DNA of 64,000 bases from Cenococcum geophilum (lineage: Eukaryota), in assembly GCA_050273025.1 (NCBI GenBank), contig CP158636.1, positions 8,804,001 through 8,868,000 on the forward strand, read 5' to 3'. Numbering within the stretch: the stretch's first letter is position 1; every line of letters begins with the position of its first letter. Below, piece by piece: positions 27,001 through 38,900 of the stretch. The position numbers and the translations under genes are program-made. Below the pieces are notes generated by a model. It did no database searches and was not told where the DNA came from. It saw only the letters and a list, made by a program, of their open reading frames with translations.

Positions 27001-30000
27001 ATATCTCTTCTATATATACTATAAAGTATCCCCACTTTATAAGCTTATCCACTATTACTAAGATTACGTTATAATCTTATCCGGTAATAAGATCTCTTAA
27101 CCTTAGTAACTTAATAATAAAGTCCTATAATATGACCTCCTATAGTCTCTCTAGTATTTTAATAGGTTATAGCCCTCTATATAGCTTATACCTTATTAGT
27201 TTATTTCTTTAGTAATCTAGATACTCTTTTATTACTCTTTTTGCAATACTTTAGATTCCGTTAATAATGTATTCTTCTTAAAGTCTTAACACTAAGCTCG
27301 TAGCTCCGTTGTGTCCTTAAGTTATTCCCCTATAGAAATCTTCCATAAAATGTTCTACTATACTTCTTAGGATATACTTCGCTTCTTAATTCTCGTATAT
27401 ATCCATTTATAGATCTTCTAGCTATGCTTTTAGAATCCTCTATACCTAAAAGCTTTCTAGTAACTTATAAACTTTCTCTAGTTTATTGTTTTCTTAAGTT
27501 ACTATAATCTTTAGATAATTGTACCTAATTAATCCGTCTGTGTCTTTTTATAGTAAGGCTCCTAATGGCTTCTTATTACTTTATAGTTCAGCTTTCTAAC
27601 TTAGAGCGTCTGCTTGTATGTTATTAGTTCCTTTAGTATACTAAATCTTAAAATAGTATTCTATAAGCATCTCTGCCCATCTAACCTATCTTTAGTTAAG
27701 TTTCTTTATTATTAGGAATCTTGTTAGGTTCTTATAGTCCGTCTTAACTATAAATAATTTCTCTATACCTTATAAGAATGCTCTTAATTTCTTTAGTACT
27801 GTAACTATACCTAATAACTCCTTATTATAGATGTTATAGTTTAATTCTAGTAGTGTTATCTTCCAACTATAATATGCTACTAGGTGCTATCTATTTTAAT
27901 ATTTCTATATAAAGCACGCCCCTAGTATATAGTATAATGTGTTTGTTTCTATAACCGTCTTTAGTCTTAGTTAATAGATCTTAAGAACTGGCTCCTAGGT
28001 AAATAACTCTTTAACTTTCTTAAATAATTTTTATTACTCCTTTCCCTATACCTATAGTTCTTCTTTCTTTATTAATCGCGTAAATGGTTTAATATCTTTT
28101 AACTATTGCGCTATAAACCTTCTGCAGTAATTACAAAACCCTAAGAATAATCTTAACTGTATAACGTTCTCTAGTTTTTACTAATTTACTATAACTTTAA
28201 TCTTCTTTAGATCTATGCTAAGTTAGCCTAGTTTAATAATAAATCTAATAAAATTAGTCTTTCTAGTAAAGAACTTATATTTCTTAATTGCTACTAGTAT
28301 TTACTCTTCCTATAGTCTTTCTAAGACCCATTTAATATATTTTCTGTACTCTTCCTTAGTTATTAAGTAAATAATAATATCGTTAAGATACGCCATAATA
28401 AATTCATCCAAGTATTCTCCTAATATATTATTAATACGCTTTTAGAATGTTACTAGTATGTTTATAAGCCCAAATTATATAACTAATAGCTTATATAGTC
28501 CTTCCTTTAACCTAAAGGCTGCCTTCTATTTATCGCCTTCCTTAATCCTAATCTAATGGTACGCCCATTTTAGATCTATCTTCGTAAAGATTTACGCGTT
28601 ACCTATTCTATCTTAAATTTTACTAATTAAGGGTAAAAGATACTTATCCTTTCTAGTGATGCTATTTAACTATCTATAGTCAATATATAGCCTTAGTTTG
28701 CTATTCTTCTTTAGTATAAATAGTACTAGATAACCCGCTAATAACTGCAATAGTTTAATATATCCCTTTTATAGATTTTCCTAGACAAACTCTTTTAATA
28801 CTCTACCTTCTTCTTTAATAAGCTTATAGATTGGAAAGAACCTTAGACTTATTTCTAGTTTTAATTCTATTTTATAGTCCTATACTATATACTTTAACAG
28901 CTTCTTACTTTCCGGTAACTATAGTTTTTTGCTATACTTATAGTATCTCTTTAGTATATAGCTTAGTCCTTTTTCTGTTTCTTTATAGGTTGCTCCTACT
29001 TAGTACTATATTAACTTAGCTTATTATTATATCTTATAGTGTTAAGTATCTCTAATATTGACCTAACCTATAATCTAATTAATCTTTAGATTGTATTTCT
29101 ATAATTAAGGCATTCCTAGTACTGCCTTATTATTCCCTAATAGTAATATATTAAAAGACATCTTAATTTATCTTTCCTTAATAGTTAACTAAATAGGTCC
29201 TGTTTTAAGATTAATAATCCCACCTCTATATGTTATTAGATTTCCTAAAATTATTACTAATAGGTAAGGGTGCTCCTTTTTCCTGTGTAGTAATCCTATT
29301 TTTTTAACTGCTGCTAGCAAGATATGGTTCCTTATTGCTCCACTATTTATTAATACCTTAAACTATTAATCTTGCCACTTAACTCGTAAATTTAGATATC
29401 GTCCTTAAATTCCTTTAAGGGTCTAAGGCTCTACTACTAGTTCCCTCTAATTCTATAGGCCTCTACTTTTCCCAACTATTAGCTGCTTAATCCTATTTAT
29501 ATTTAGTCTAACTTTAGCCAATACTTAGTTTACTTTTTATCTTTAATATACTATAGATACATGTTTTCTAGGCATTCCCACTACTATTATCCGTCTAGGC
29601 ATTCTTCCGTAAGGAATCTTCCTAATTAAAGCGTTAAGCCCCCTTAGGTTTGTACTTCTACTAAGTACTAACTATATATATACTTAGCGTTCCTATATTT
29701 CGCCTTATCTAATAACTAATATATCCTTACTAGGTACTTCCGATTTTTATTCTTTAGTGCTCTATGCATATTATACGCATTATTTACGCATATAATCTAT
29801 GCCAATATATAGTATGCTTAGTGTTTTAGGTTAACTCTTAGCTTATCTTTATCCTTAAGTTTAAACCTCTCTTATATTAATCTAAGCGTTGCGACTTTAT
29901 TTATAGGTACTATAATTTGCCTCTCGCTTCTCTAGTCCTCTAATTACTCCTCTAAATCCTTTAATATTATAATTAAGGCTCTTTTAATGTAACTTATAGC

Positions 30001-32529
30001 CTTTTCTATAATTGGGTGGTCTTAGACAACTTTCTTATTTATCTATATATAGAAGTCTTCCTACTCATCATTATATCTTTGTCTATACCACTTTTAGTAT
30101 AACCCTTTAAGTATATACGGCTCGTCCATAAAGAAGTATCTTTTTTTTATTTTATTTATTTTTATATCCATTGTATTGTACTACGTACAATACTACGCAT
30201 GCAGCCTTTGGGCTATGGCGCTATAGTTCTATATATATAAATCCTTTCTAGGCAGCTTAATATATACTAGTAGCTATATCCTAGTAGTTTATAAACCTCT
30301 AGACTAGAGGTTTACCGCTCCCTAGTAAAATACTAGGTTACGACAACTATTAGGTAGTATTAAAACAGTAGAAAAATAGTAAAAGAAACGGTAAACGAAT
30401 CCTAACGCCTGCCCCTGTACATTTTATAGTTTATTTCTGTCCTTTTACTCACTACTGTCTATTTACTAGAAGTCTAGTAGGAGTTACCTCCTTCTAAAGC
30501 TTCTGCTTCCATTAGCCACTCTTTAGTAGCTATTTTTATCTTACTTAGAAATAGGAAAAGCGCCCTTCTTCCTTTCTCTGTATAAAAGAGCTTCTCTAAA
30601 GAGAGAGAAGAGCTTAGTTGTCTTTGCATTTCTTTTCTCTCTTCCCTATATAGTCTGTATTCTAATAATAGATGCTTAGGAGTCTGTATAGCTCTACAGC
30701 CCTTAAAGCATCTACCTTCTTTATCCTTCCCTATTGTCTTAGAGAAGGATTTAAAGAAGCCTGTTCCTAGTTTTAGTTGATAGAAAGCTAATTATAACCT
30801 TTTAGGATATTTATCCTTAGGGGCTTTAAGAGATAAAGAGTAGTTTCCTCTAGAGATCCTAGTATAGTGTTTTCCTTTATTTTTTTTCTGTTGCCAGCTG
30901 CTTTTCCACTGTCCTAGTATTTTTTTTCTTGCTGCTCTCCCTATATAGGCTAGGGATATATAAAAAGATTATATTTTTCTTCTAAAGAGGCCCTTTTTAG
31001 CTAGCTTATCTACTATTTCGTTTCTATAGATTCCTAGGTGGCTAGGAACCCAATAAAAGTTAATAGAGATATTCTTACTAGCTAGATAAAAGCAGCTTTA
31101 CGTAATTTTAAAAACTAGTTCTTATCCCCTTATAAGAGAATTAAGCTATAATCTTTTAATAGCTGCTTAGCTATCTATAAAGATATAAACTTATTTCTCT
31201 TCTAGTCTTTATTGTTTTAGATATTCTAGGGCCCTATAGACTGCATAAAGTTCTACGTCTATAATTTCCATATAAGGCCCTAGATTCCAATTTATTGCGT
31301 ATTTAATCCTATTTCTCTCCCCTATTTTACATACGGCCGCTATACTTAATTTATTATCTTTAGAGCCGTCTATATAGTATATATCTACTAGGTCCCATTC
31401 TAGGGATTCTTATAGATTTTCTACTAGTCTTAAATATTCTTATACAGCTTCTTCTTTACTACCCCTAGAGATAGAAAAGAATGCAGAAATAGGGGGTAGG
31501 TAGTTATATATTAGCTAGTAATATAGTAGAGTTTAATATACCTACTTATTTAGGCCTCTACCCCAGTTTTCTAGTACTTTAGTCCTAGTCTATAAGCAGT
31601 TGGCTGTTACTACCTAATATAGGGATTCTTACAAGTTCTTTTAGATATCTTATAACGGGATTAGCCCAAGTACTAGTCCGCCTCCCCGCGGTCTATATAA
31701 GAGTTTCCTCCTAAAGTTAGTATACTTTTATACAGCTTAGGAGCCTTCTATAGCCTCTAGTTTTACACTTCTCTTTATTATTTCCGCTAGCGTAGGCATA
31801 AGCTGCCATTTACAGGGGTCACAACTCCCGTCTTACGCGCCTACTGGCGTAGTCCTATAAGGGCGTCGTGGCTACATCCTGTAATGTAGCTAGGTATACC
31901 TTCTACGGTCAAGGCCTAGCTAAAACCTCTCCCGCCTAAGTAACTCCTATTTACTCCTTAAGCGTACCTTACTAGCATATTGCCCTAGCGAGTAGTCCCG
32001 TCTATTAGTATACTAACACGCGCATCTATTCTCTTAAGCCGTATAATAGTCTCTCTAGCTAGGACGTAATCCTACCTACCTACTAAGTGCACTAGGGGTT
32101 AGAGCTTAGCTAAGGGGTAAGGTCCCTAGAGCTAGCAGTAGCTACTATATACTATACCCCGCAACTACTTTAGGTAGTCGTTTCGCGTTACCTATAGGAG
32201 TCTCCTTATAATAGGCCGACCGTATCTTATAGGAGGGGGCTATAGAGATGGGTCCCGTGCCAGGCGACCTACTCCCCCCTCTCCTACTAACTAAGCTTGT
32301 GTCCCCCCTTTTTATAAGCTGGCCTATATCTCTAACCGTTAAGTCCTCGTCTAACTAGCCTATATTTCCTTAGAGCCTTCCCCATATATATACGCGTTAG
32401 GTTGCGTGCACCACGCCTATTAAGACCCTCCTATAAGTCGCCTAGTTAAACGCTATAGGGCCGTCGAAGCTGGCCTGTGTTTCCGCTGCCTAGAGCTTTA
32501 CCCGTGTTTCCACCTCGTCGAGCCGTCTA

Positions 32530-32608
32530 GTCGCCGTCGCGTCGCCGTCGCGTCGCCGTCGCGTCGCCGTCGCGTCGCTGTCGCGTCGCCGTTGCGTCGC
32601 CGTTGCGT
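32530..32608. repeat. 11-bp GC-rich tandem repeat (gccgtcgcgtc, ~7 units) inside the 5' module
   Basis: Read directly; a shorter decayed version lies at ~20349-20395. Confidence 0.85.
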
Positions 32609-33152
32609 CTATCATCCAGGTCGCGCGCACTACGCCTATTAAGACCCTCTTTTAAGTCACCTGGGTGTACCGGATACCAGATAGGCCCTCGTAGAGGGGC
32701 CTTAATAAGTTCTCTAGGCAGGGCCTTAATAAGTTCTTCGCGGTAGCCTTGGGGCCTTAATAAGTTTCGTATAAGGTATCTGCGACGCGTTAACCTTAAT
32801 AAGTTCTTATAAAAAAGGGTTTCCCTACGCCCTCGTCTTGCGATCTTAGAGCTAGTGCAAGCCTAAGGGTGTCCTGTTGTACGACTAGGACGCGTCTACG
32901 TCGAGTAGCTAATAATAAGGCTAGTTTCGGGCCTGGCTACGAGCCAGGTAGTCGTACATCGGGTAGTTTTCGTATCCCAGTATCCCTTGATAGGCCTCCC
33001 TAGGTGGTAGAGCAGGAGCATTAAGCGGAGGCAGTAAGGCTCCTGGTGTTGCTAAGGGCGATGCTTTGTACGATGGTACGCGTCGCGAGCTCAACACCAC
33101 AGAACCGCGACGACAGCGCTGCATGCGCTGCGGCGGCTCCCTACCATCGCCT

Positions 33153-33237
33153 CTGCACTTAGCCATCGAAAGGAACGATTTCCTGATGATGTTTCCACCC
33201 GCGGCGACGTGGACGCGTGCAGTAGGGCTTCGCGGGC
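33153..33237 (-). ncRNA. HDV-like self-cleaving ribozyme (nested double pseudoknot), apparently intact
   Basis: Minus strand reads GCCCGCG AAGCCCUA CUGCAC GCG UCCACGU CGC CGCGGGU GG AAA CAUC-AUC-AGGAA-AUCG-UUCCU-UUC-GAUG G CUAA GUGCAG. This gives P1 (7 bp, G1-U wobble), P2, P3, L3, P1.1, P4 and J4/2 with a candidate catalytic C at 33162. Confidence 0.88.
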
Positions 33238-34960
33238 TGGAAGTATCTCCTTATTACTACGTTATAATAGCCTTTTATATATCATTCTTTGAACCTAATT
33301 AAAATCCCTAGATCCTCTTCTTATTTTAGTTTAGTAAGCCACTTAGCTCTTAGTATGCCTACTCTAGGCCTATTAGTAATTCTTTATATAGGTGCTCTAT
33401 CCCTTATATAACCTAATATACTAAATCTCTTATCTAGTTTCTAATTTTGCTATAAGGTAATTCTTACTCTAAATTCCTCTATAGTTTCTTTTTTTTCGCG
33501 TCTTATAAGCGGATCCTTAAAGTCTTCCTGCTTCTTAGTCTTGGTATTAACATTTTAATCCTTAGGTTAAACACTACGTTCTCCTAGGAAGTCCTCTAGG
33601 TTTATATATCTATCTCCTAATCTAACTGCTATTTATACTACAGATTCTCTAATTTATAAAGAAGCCTCTTGCCTCCTATTTATAGGTGTCCTTATTTATA
33701 CTCCAAATCTTTAGTCCCTTAGATTCTTTAATCCTAAGCTTATTAGTATTCTTATCTCGTCTTAAGAATCTTAAATCTTACTTATTTTATCTTAAGAATC
33801 TTATGCCTATAGGAAACTCTATCCCGAGCTTATTTGTATATCTTTAAACTAAGCTACTACTCTACTCTATTAGTTATCGTCCGTTATAGGTCCTTAAGCT
33901 TACCTTATCTTATTTTAAGAATCTTGGTCATTTCTTATCTTATCTTAAGAATCTTAAGCCTTTAGCCTTTTGCCTTTATTAAGTACTAAAGTAGTTCGTT
34001 ATCCTACTTCTTTTATATCTTATAAAGCGATAGATATTATATCTAGTGGGGTCTTAATCCCTACTAATATTCCCTATTCTATAGTGGAATTATCCTCTAC
34101 CTCTTTTATAATATCTCTAAGGTCTATATACTCCCAGTAAGCCGCCTTTATCGCCTTATTATTATAAAATGTTTTGCCTTTATTAAAGTTATTATCTTTA
34201 ATTTCTAATCTACGAACTAGTTTATTAGTTCCTTTATATTCCGCTAAATATGGCTTTTATAGCTAATAGCTTGCGCTATACTTAGCGTCTTTATAAATCC
34301 GGTATGCGTTATTATAATAAAACGCAAAACTTCTAATTAAACACTCCTTTATTCCTTATAGTGCGCTATTATTTCTCTATATATATGCGTTTTCTACTAT
34401 TAGTCTAGTTCCCTTTATTATATAGTATCTCTAACTATCTTTATAATCCCTCGCGAAGTAACCTTATTTCCTATAATTTATATAAGCTCCGTCTTTAAAC
34501 CATTAACTTTACTATAGAGTCCGCCTAAACGTCTTCTACTGCTAAGATCCCTAGTTTAGCCTCTACTCCTTAGTCCTATAATCACTAAATCCTTAACCTC
34601 TAGATTTCTATAGTTTTTTACTCTATCTCTTATGGGCTTCTTTAGTGCTACTTAGGTCTATTAGCTCTACGCCATACTATAATTTTTAATTTATCTTTAG
34701 TTATTGCGTACTTTACGTCTTATATAACTATAGAACTCTATCCTAACCTCTTTTAGCCTATTCCCTTTAGTAAATCCAATTATTAATCTTAATCGCTTAA
34801 TCTATTAATTCCCTTAGGGTATCCGCATCTTTTATTAGGATAATCGCGTCCTAGACTTTAGCCTTAAGTCCTTATTTATACTGTGCCATAAGCGCCTTAT
34901 TATTCCACTTAACTTACATAGCTAATGTTTAGAACTATATAGTGTATTTAATTACTAAGG

Positions 34961-35950
34961 CCGTCGAAAACGGACTCTGCACCTATATGTGGTAACGGCT
35001 ACGAACCTAAGTCTTTGAAGTTTAGACTTAGAGCCAACGCAGAGACGTCGTACAGCGTGCGATACGACCTAGTGGTGGTGGTTATAGGTATTATGGGCGG
35101 TGGTGAAAAGTTTTTATATAGGATGGTGAGATCTCGAAAACAACTACTAAGTGCCCCTTATAGCAATAACAATAACACTATTCTCCTATTAAGGCACCTA
35201 TACGATCTAATATGGATACGCGGCATTTAATAATATCCCCTAACCCCTAGTAGAGAGCATCGACGACCTCTTATATTAACAAACGAGCGATTATAAACGA
35301 GCAACGAGCAAATATACGGCCCCTCCTAACCCCTAGGGCAATCGCCCGCGGAGCATGCGGTTACTTACCATTAACTATTAAATACTACCTAGCAGCCTAG
35401 ATAACACCGTACGGTTTTCCTATCTCCTCTTAAGGAGTAGTGACCCTTAGCGAGGGCCTAGGCATAAAAGATACTCAGGCATATACGTCCCACTCACCTT
35501 TTAGTATAGTAGTTTATAGATAAATCCCCCTTACGCCTTCAATAGGCCTTAGGGGGGGGGGCATAGCGTATATAGTAATAGTTAATAAGAGATAGTATAT
35601 AGGGGGTGGTTAAAATACGGAATATAACCATAAGTGTACAGCAATCGAACGGCAAGGCCTAGCTAGGACGTAGTAAACCCTAGCTAGGATAAGCTAGAGA
35701 AGGAAGTAGTGGTTCCTAAGGAGTTTAAACATCTAAGGAGGACAGGACGTAGCCGTAGGCCCGTAGGGCCGCCGCTATGGACGAATATGGCAAACCGGGG
35801 TTTTTCATCCTACTAAGGTAGCTTATAGGGTTTTTCCTCCCCTAAACTGCAGGGTTTTCTTCCTGTAAATTATAAGTTTTCCCCCTATGACGGAGTAGTC
35901 TGCGTGGGCCTAGATAGGATCCGTATTAGACGTTAATCAAGAATTACTAC
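34961..35950 (+). mobile_element. 5'-truncated LINE of a third family, inserted in the D2 gag region
   Basis: 16-bp TSD tatttaattactaagg at 34945-34960 and 35951-35966. 3' terminus ggagtagtctgcgtgggcc...gacgttaatcaagaattactac resembles the family A end but with a (tac) tail. Confidence 0.8.
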
Positions 35951-38900
35951 TATTTAATTACTAAGGTTCGTTATATAATGTCTTAGAGTTTTCTTTCTAC
36001 TATAGTTACCGCCTCTGGGTCTCTAAATATTTATATAAGTTACTCCGTAAACCCTTCCCAACTTAAGAATATAAATCGCACCTCTTAATTAGTGGTTGTT
36101 ATTCCATTTACTTATATCTCTATAAGGTAAGGCTTAAACTATTTAAGTGCTCTTCCTAATAGGAATAGTCCCGTATAGGCTATTCAATCCATAGGTATTA
36201 GTAGCTTTACCCCTTCTTATATAACTTTAAAGTATATTTAGGTAAGAAACCACTTAAGCTTTAATCTTTCTCCTAAGTACCTTTTAATTAATAGTAACTT
36301 AATCTTTACTACTCTAATCCCATTAACCCTTTCTTCTAATACTGCATTATTAGTTGTTAACTAGTTAACTATTTCTTATAGTTATCCGACCGTTATAGGT
36401 TGCTATAAGTTAGTATCTGCTATACTAGTATCACCTCTTAACCTTAAAGTAGTTGCTACCATTAATGGCGTCATGGTGGCTGCTTTTAGTGGCATATTAT
36501 TTAACTTTCTATATTTAATACTATAACTAGGTAGTAATTATATAACGGAACCTTATAGTAAGTACTATAATAGGCTTATTAATAGGCTAGGTGTATACGT
36601 AATGCAAATTAAAGTTAATAATGTAATAATAACTGGTGGAGTGGTTGCCTAATAGATTAACTCTAATTGTATTCTAAGAATTACTATAAGGAAGGAACTA
36701 TCTAGGTAGGGACTAAGGGTCCTTAAATACACAACCATACTCCTATAAAATCCTTCTTGTATATAATATACGTGTGCTCTATTTACTTTATTACGGATTA
36801 TATAGATCCTACAGATTATACAGATCACGTTACGTAACCTCGGCTACCATTCCTCGTCACATAGCTCTATCGGCTCCATCTTAGACCGTGCTTATATTAA
36901 CCAACTAGCTTCTTTTAACTCCTCTCTAAATAGTCGTAACATTGTACTTAAAGCGTCTATAACAGACTTAATATTTTAGCTAGGAAGATTCTTTACGGAA
37001 GAATACCTAGACGGATAATAGTAGTAGGAATGCCTAGAGAATATAAATTTATAGCACATTAAAGACAAAAAGCAAACTAAGTATTGGCTAAGAGTGGACT
37101 AAGTATAAATAGGATTAAGCAGCTAATAGTTAGGAAAAGTAGAGGCCTATAGGACTAGAGGGAATTAGTAGTAAAGCCTTAGACCCTTAAAGGAATTTAA
37201 GGACAACACCTAAATTTACAAGTTAAGTAGTAAAATTAATAGTTTAAAGTACTAATAGATAGTAGAGCAATAAGGAACTATATCTTACTAGCAGCAGTTA
37301 AAAGAATGTGGTTACTATATAGGAAAAAGAAGCACCCTTACTTATTAGTAACAATTTAAGGAGATCTAATAGCCTATAGAGGAGGTATTATTAATCTTAA
37401 AACAGGACCTATTTAGTTAACCATTAAAGGGAGATAAATTAAGATATCTTTTAATATATTACTATTAGGGAATAATAAGGTAGTACTAAGAATGCCTTAG
37501 TTACAGGAATATAATCTAAAGATTAATTGGATTATAGGTTAAGTCAATATTAAAGATACTTAGCGCCGTAAAATACGATAATAAGCTAAGTTGGTATAGT
37601 ACTAAGTAAAAGCGACCTATAAAGAAATAGAAAAAGGACTAAGTTATATACTAAAGAGATACTATAAATATAGCAAGAAGCTACAGTTACTAAAAAGTAA
37701 AAAGCTATTAAAGTATATAGTATAGGATTATAAGATAGAGTTAAAACTAGGAATAAGTCTAAGGTTTTTTTTAATCTATAAGCTTACTAAAGAGGAAGGT
37801 AGAGTATTAAAAGAGTTTGTCTAGGAAAATCTATAAAAGGGATATATTAAACTATTACAGTTATTAGCGGGTTATCTAGTACTATTTATACTAAAGAAGA
37901 ATAGCAAACTAAGGCTATATATTAACTATAGATAGTTAAATAGCATCACTAGAAAGGATAAGTATCTTTTACCCTTAATTAGTAAAATTTAAGATAGAAT
38001 AGGTAACGCGTAAATCTTTACGAAGATAGATCTAAAATGGGCGTACCATTAGATTAGGATTAAGGAAGGCGATAAATAGAAGGCAGCCTTTAGGTTAAAG
38101 GAAGAACTATATAAACTATTAGTTATATAATTTAGGCTTATAAACGTACTAGTAATATTTTAGAAGCGTATTAATAATATATTAAGGGAATACTTAGATA
38201 AATTTATTATAGTATATCTTAATAATATTATTATCTACTTAATAATAGAGGAAGAGTATAGGGAATACGTTAAATAGGTCTTAAAGAGACTATAAGAAGA
38301 ATAGATGCTAGTAGTAATTAAAAAATGCGAGTTCTTTACTAGGAAGACTAACTTTATTAGATTTATTATTAAACTAGGCTAACTTAGTATAGATCCTAAA
38401 AAGATTAAGGCTATAGTAAATTGGTAAGAACTAAAGAACGTTACGCAGTTAAGATTGTTTTTAGGGTTTTGCAATTACTGTAGACGGTTTATAGTGTAAT
38501 AGTTAAAGAATATTAAACTATTTACGCGGTTAATAAAGAAAGAAAAACTATAGGTATAGGAAGAAGAATAGTAGAAGTTATTTAAAAAGGATAAAGAATT
38601 ATTTACCTAAGAGCCAGTTTTTAAAATCTATTAACTAAAACTAGAGACAGTTATAAAAACGGATATATTAGACTTTATACTAGGGGCGTGCTTTATATAG
38701 AAATATTAAGATAAATAGCACCTAGTAGCATACTATAGTTAAAAGATAATACTACTAGAGTTAAACTATAACATTTATAATAAGGAGTTATTAGGTATAG
38801 TTATAGTACTAAAGAAATAGAGAGCATTTTTACAAGGTATAAAGAAACTATTTATAGTTAAGATGGATTATAAAAACCTAATAGGATTTCTAATAATAAA

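Larger units (their letters stand above)
30142..33238 (-). mobile_element. Composite LINE: the same ribozyme-capped 5' module (~31492-33237) fused to the RNase H-containing 3' end of a different LINE (family B)
   Basis: A-rich tail at ~30142-30165; TSD (a/g)gaagtatct at 30132-30141 and 33239-33248, with the empty site visible in D3 at 54241-54250. Minus-strand RNase H motifs Y(T)DGS (~31365-31380), FYWVPSHLGI (~31030-31060) and DKLAK. Confidence 0.85.
24920..36964 (-). mobile_element. Ty3/Gypsy family D copy 2 (D2), inserted inverted inside D1
   Basis: LTRs 24920-25343 and 36541-36964; TSD GACTT at 24915-24919 and 36965-36969. Colinear with D3 once the two LINE insertions are removed. Confidence 0.9.

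Noticed and set aside
32921..33302. ORF-track ORFs 32921..33166 and 33066..33302
   Set aside because: They overlap the ribozyme or cross the insertion boundary, show no motifs, and appear disrupted in the second copy; likely GC-rich artefacts.
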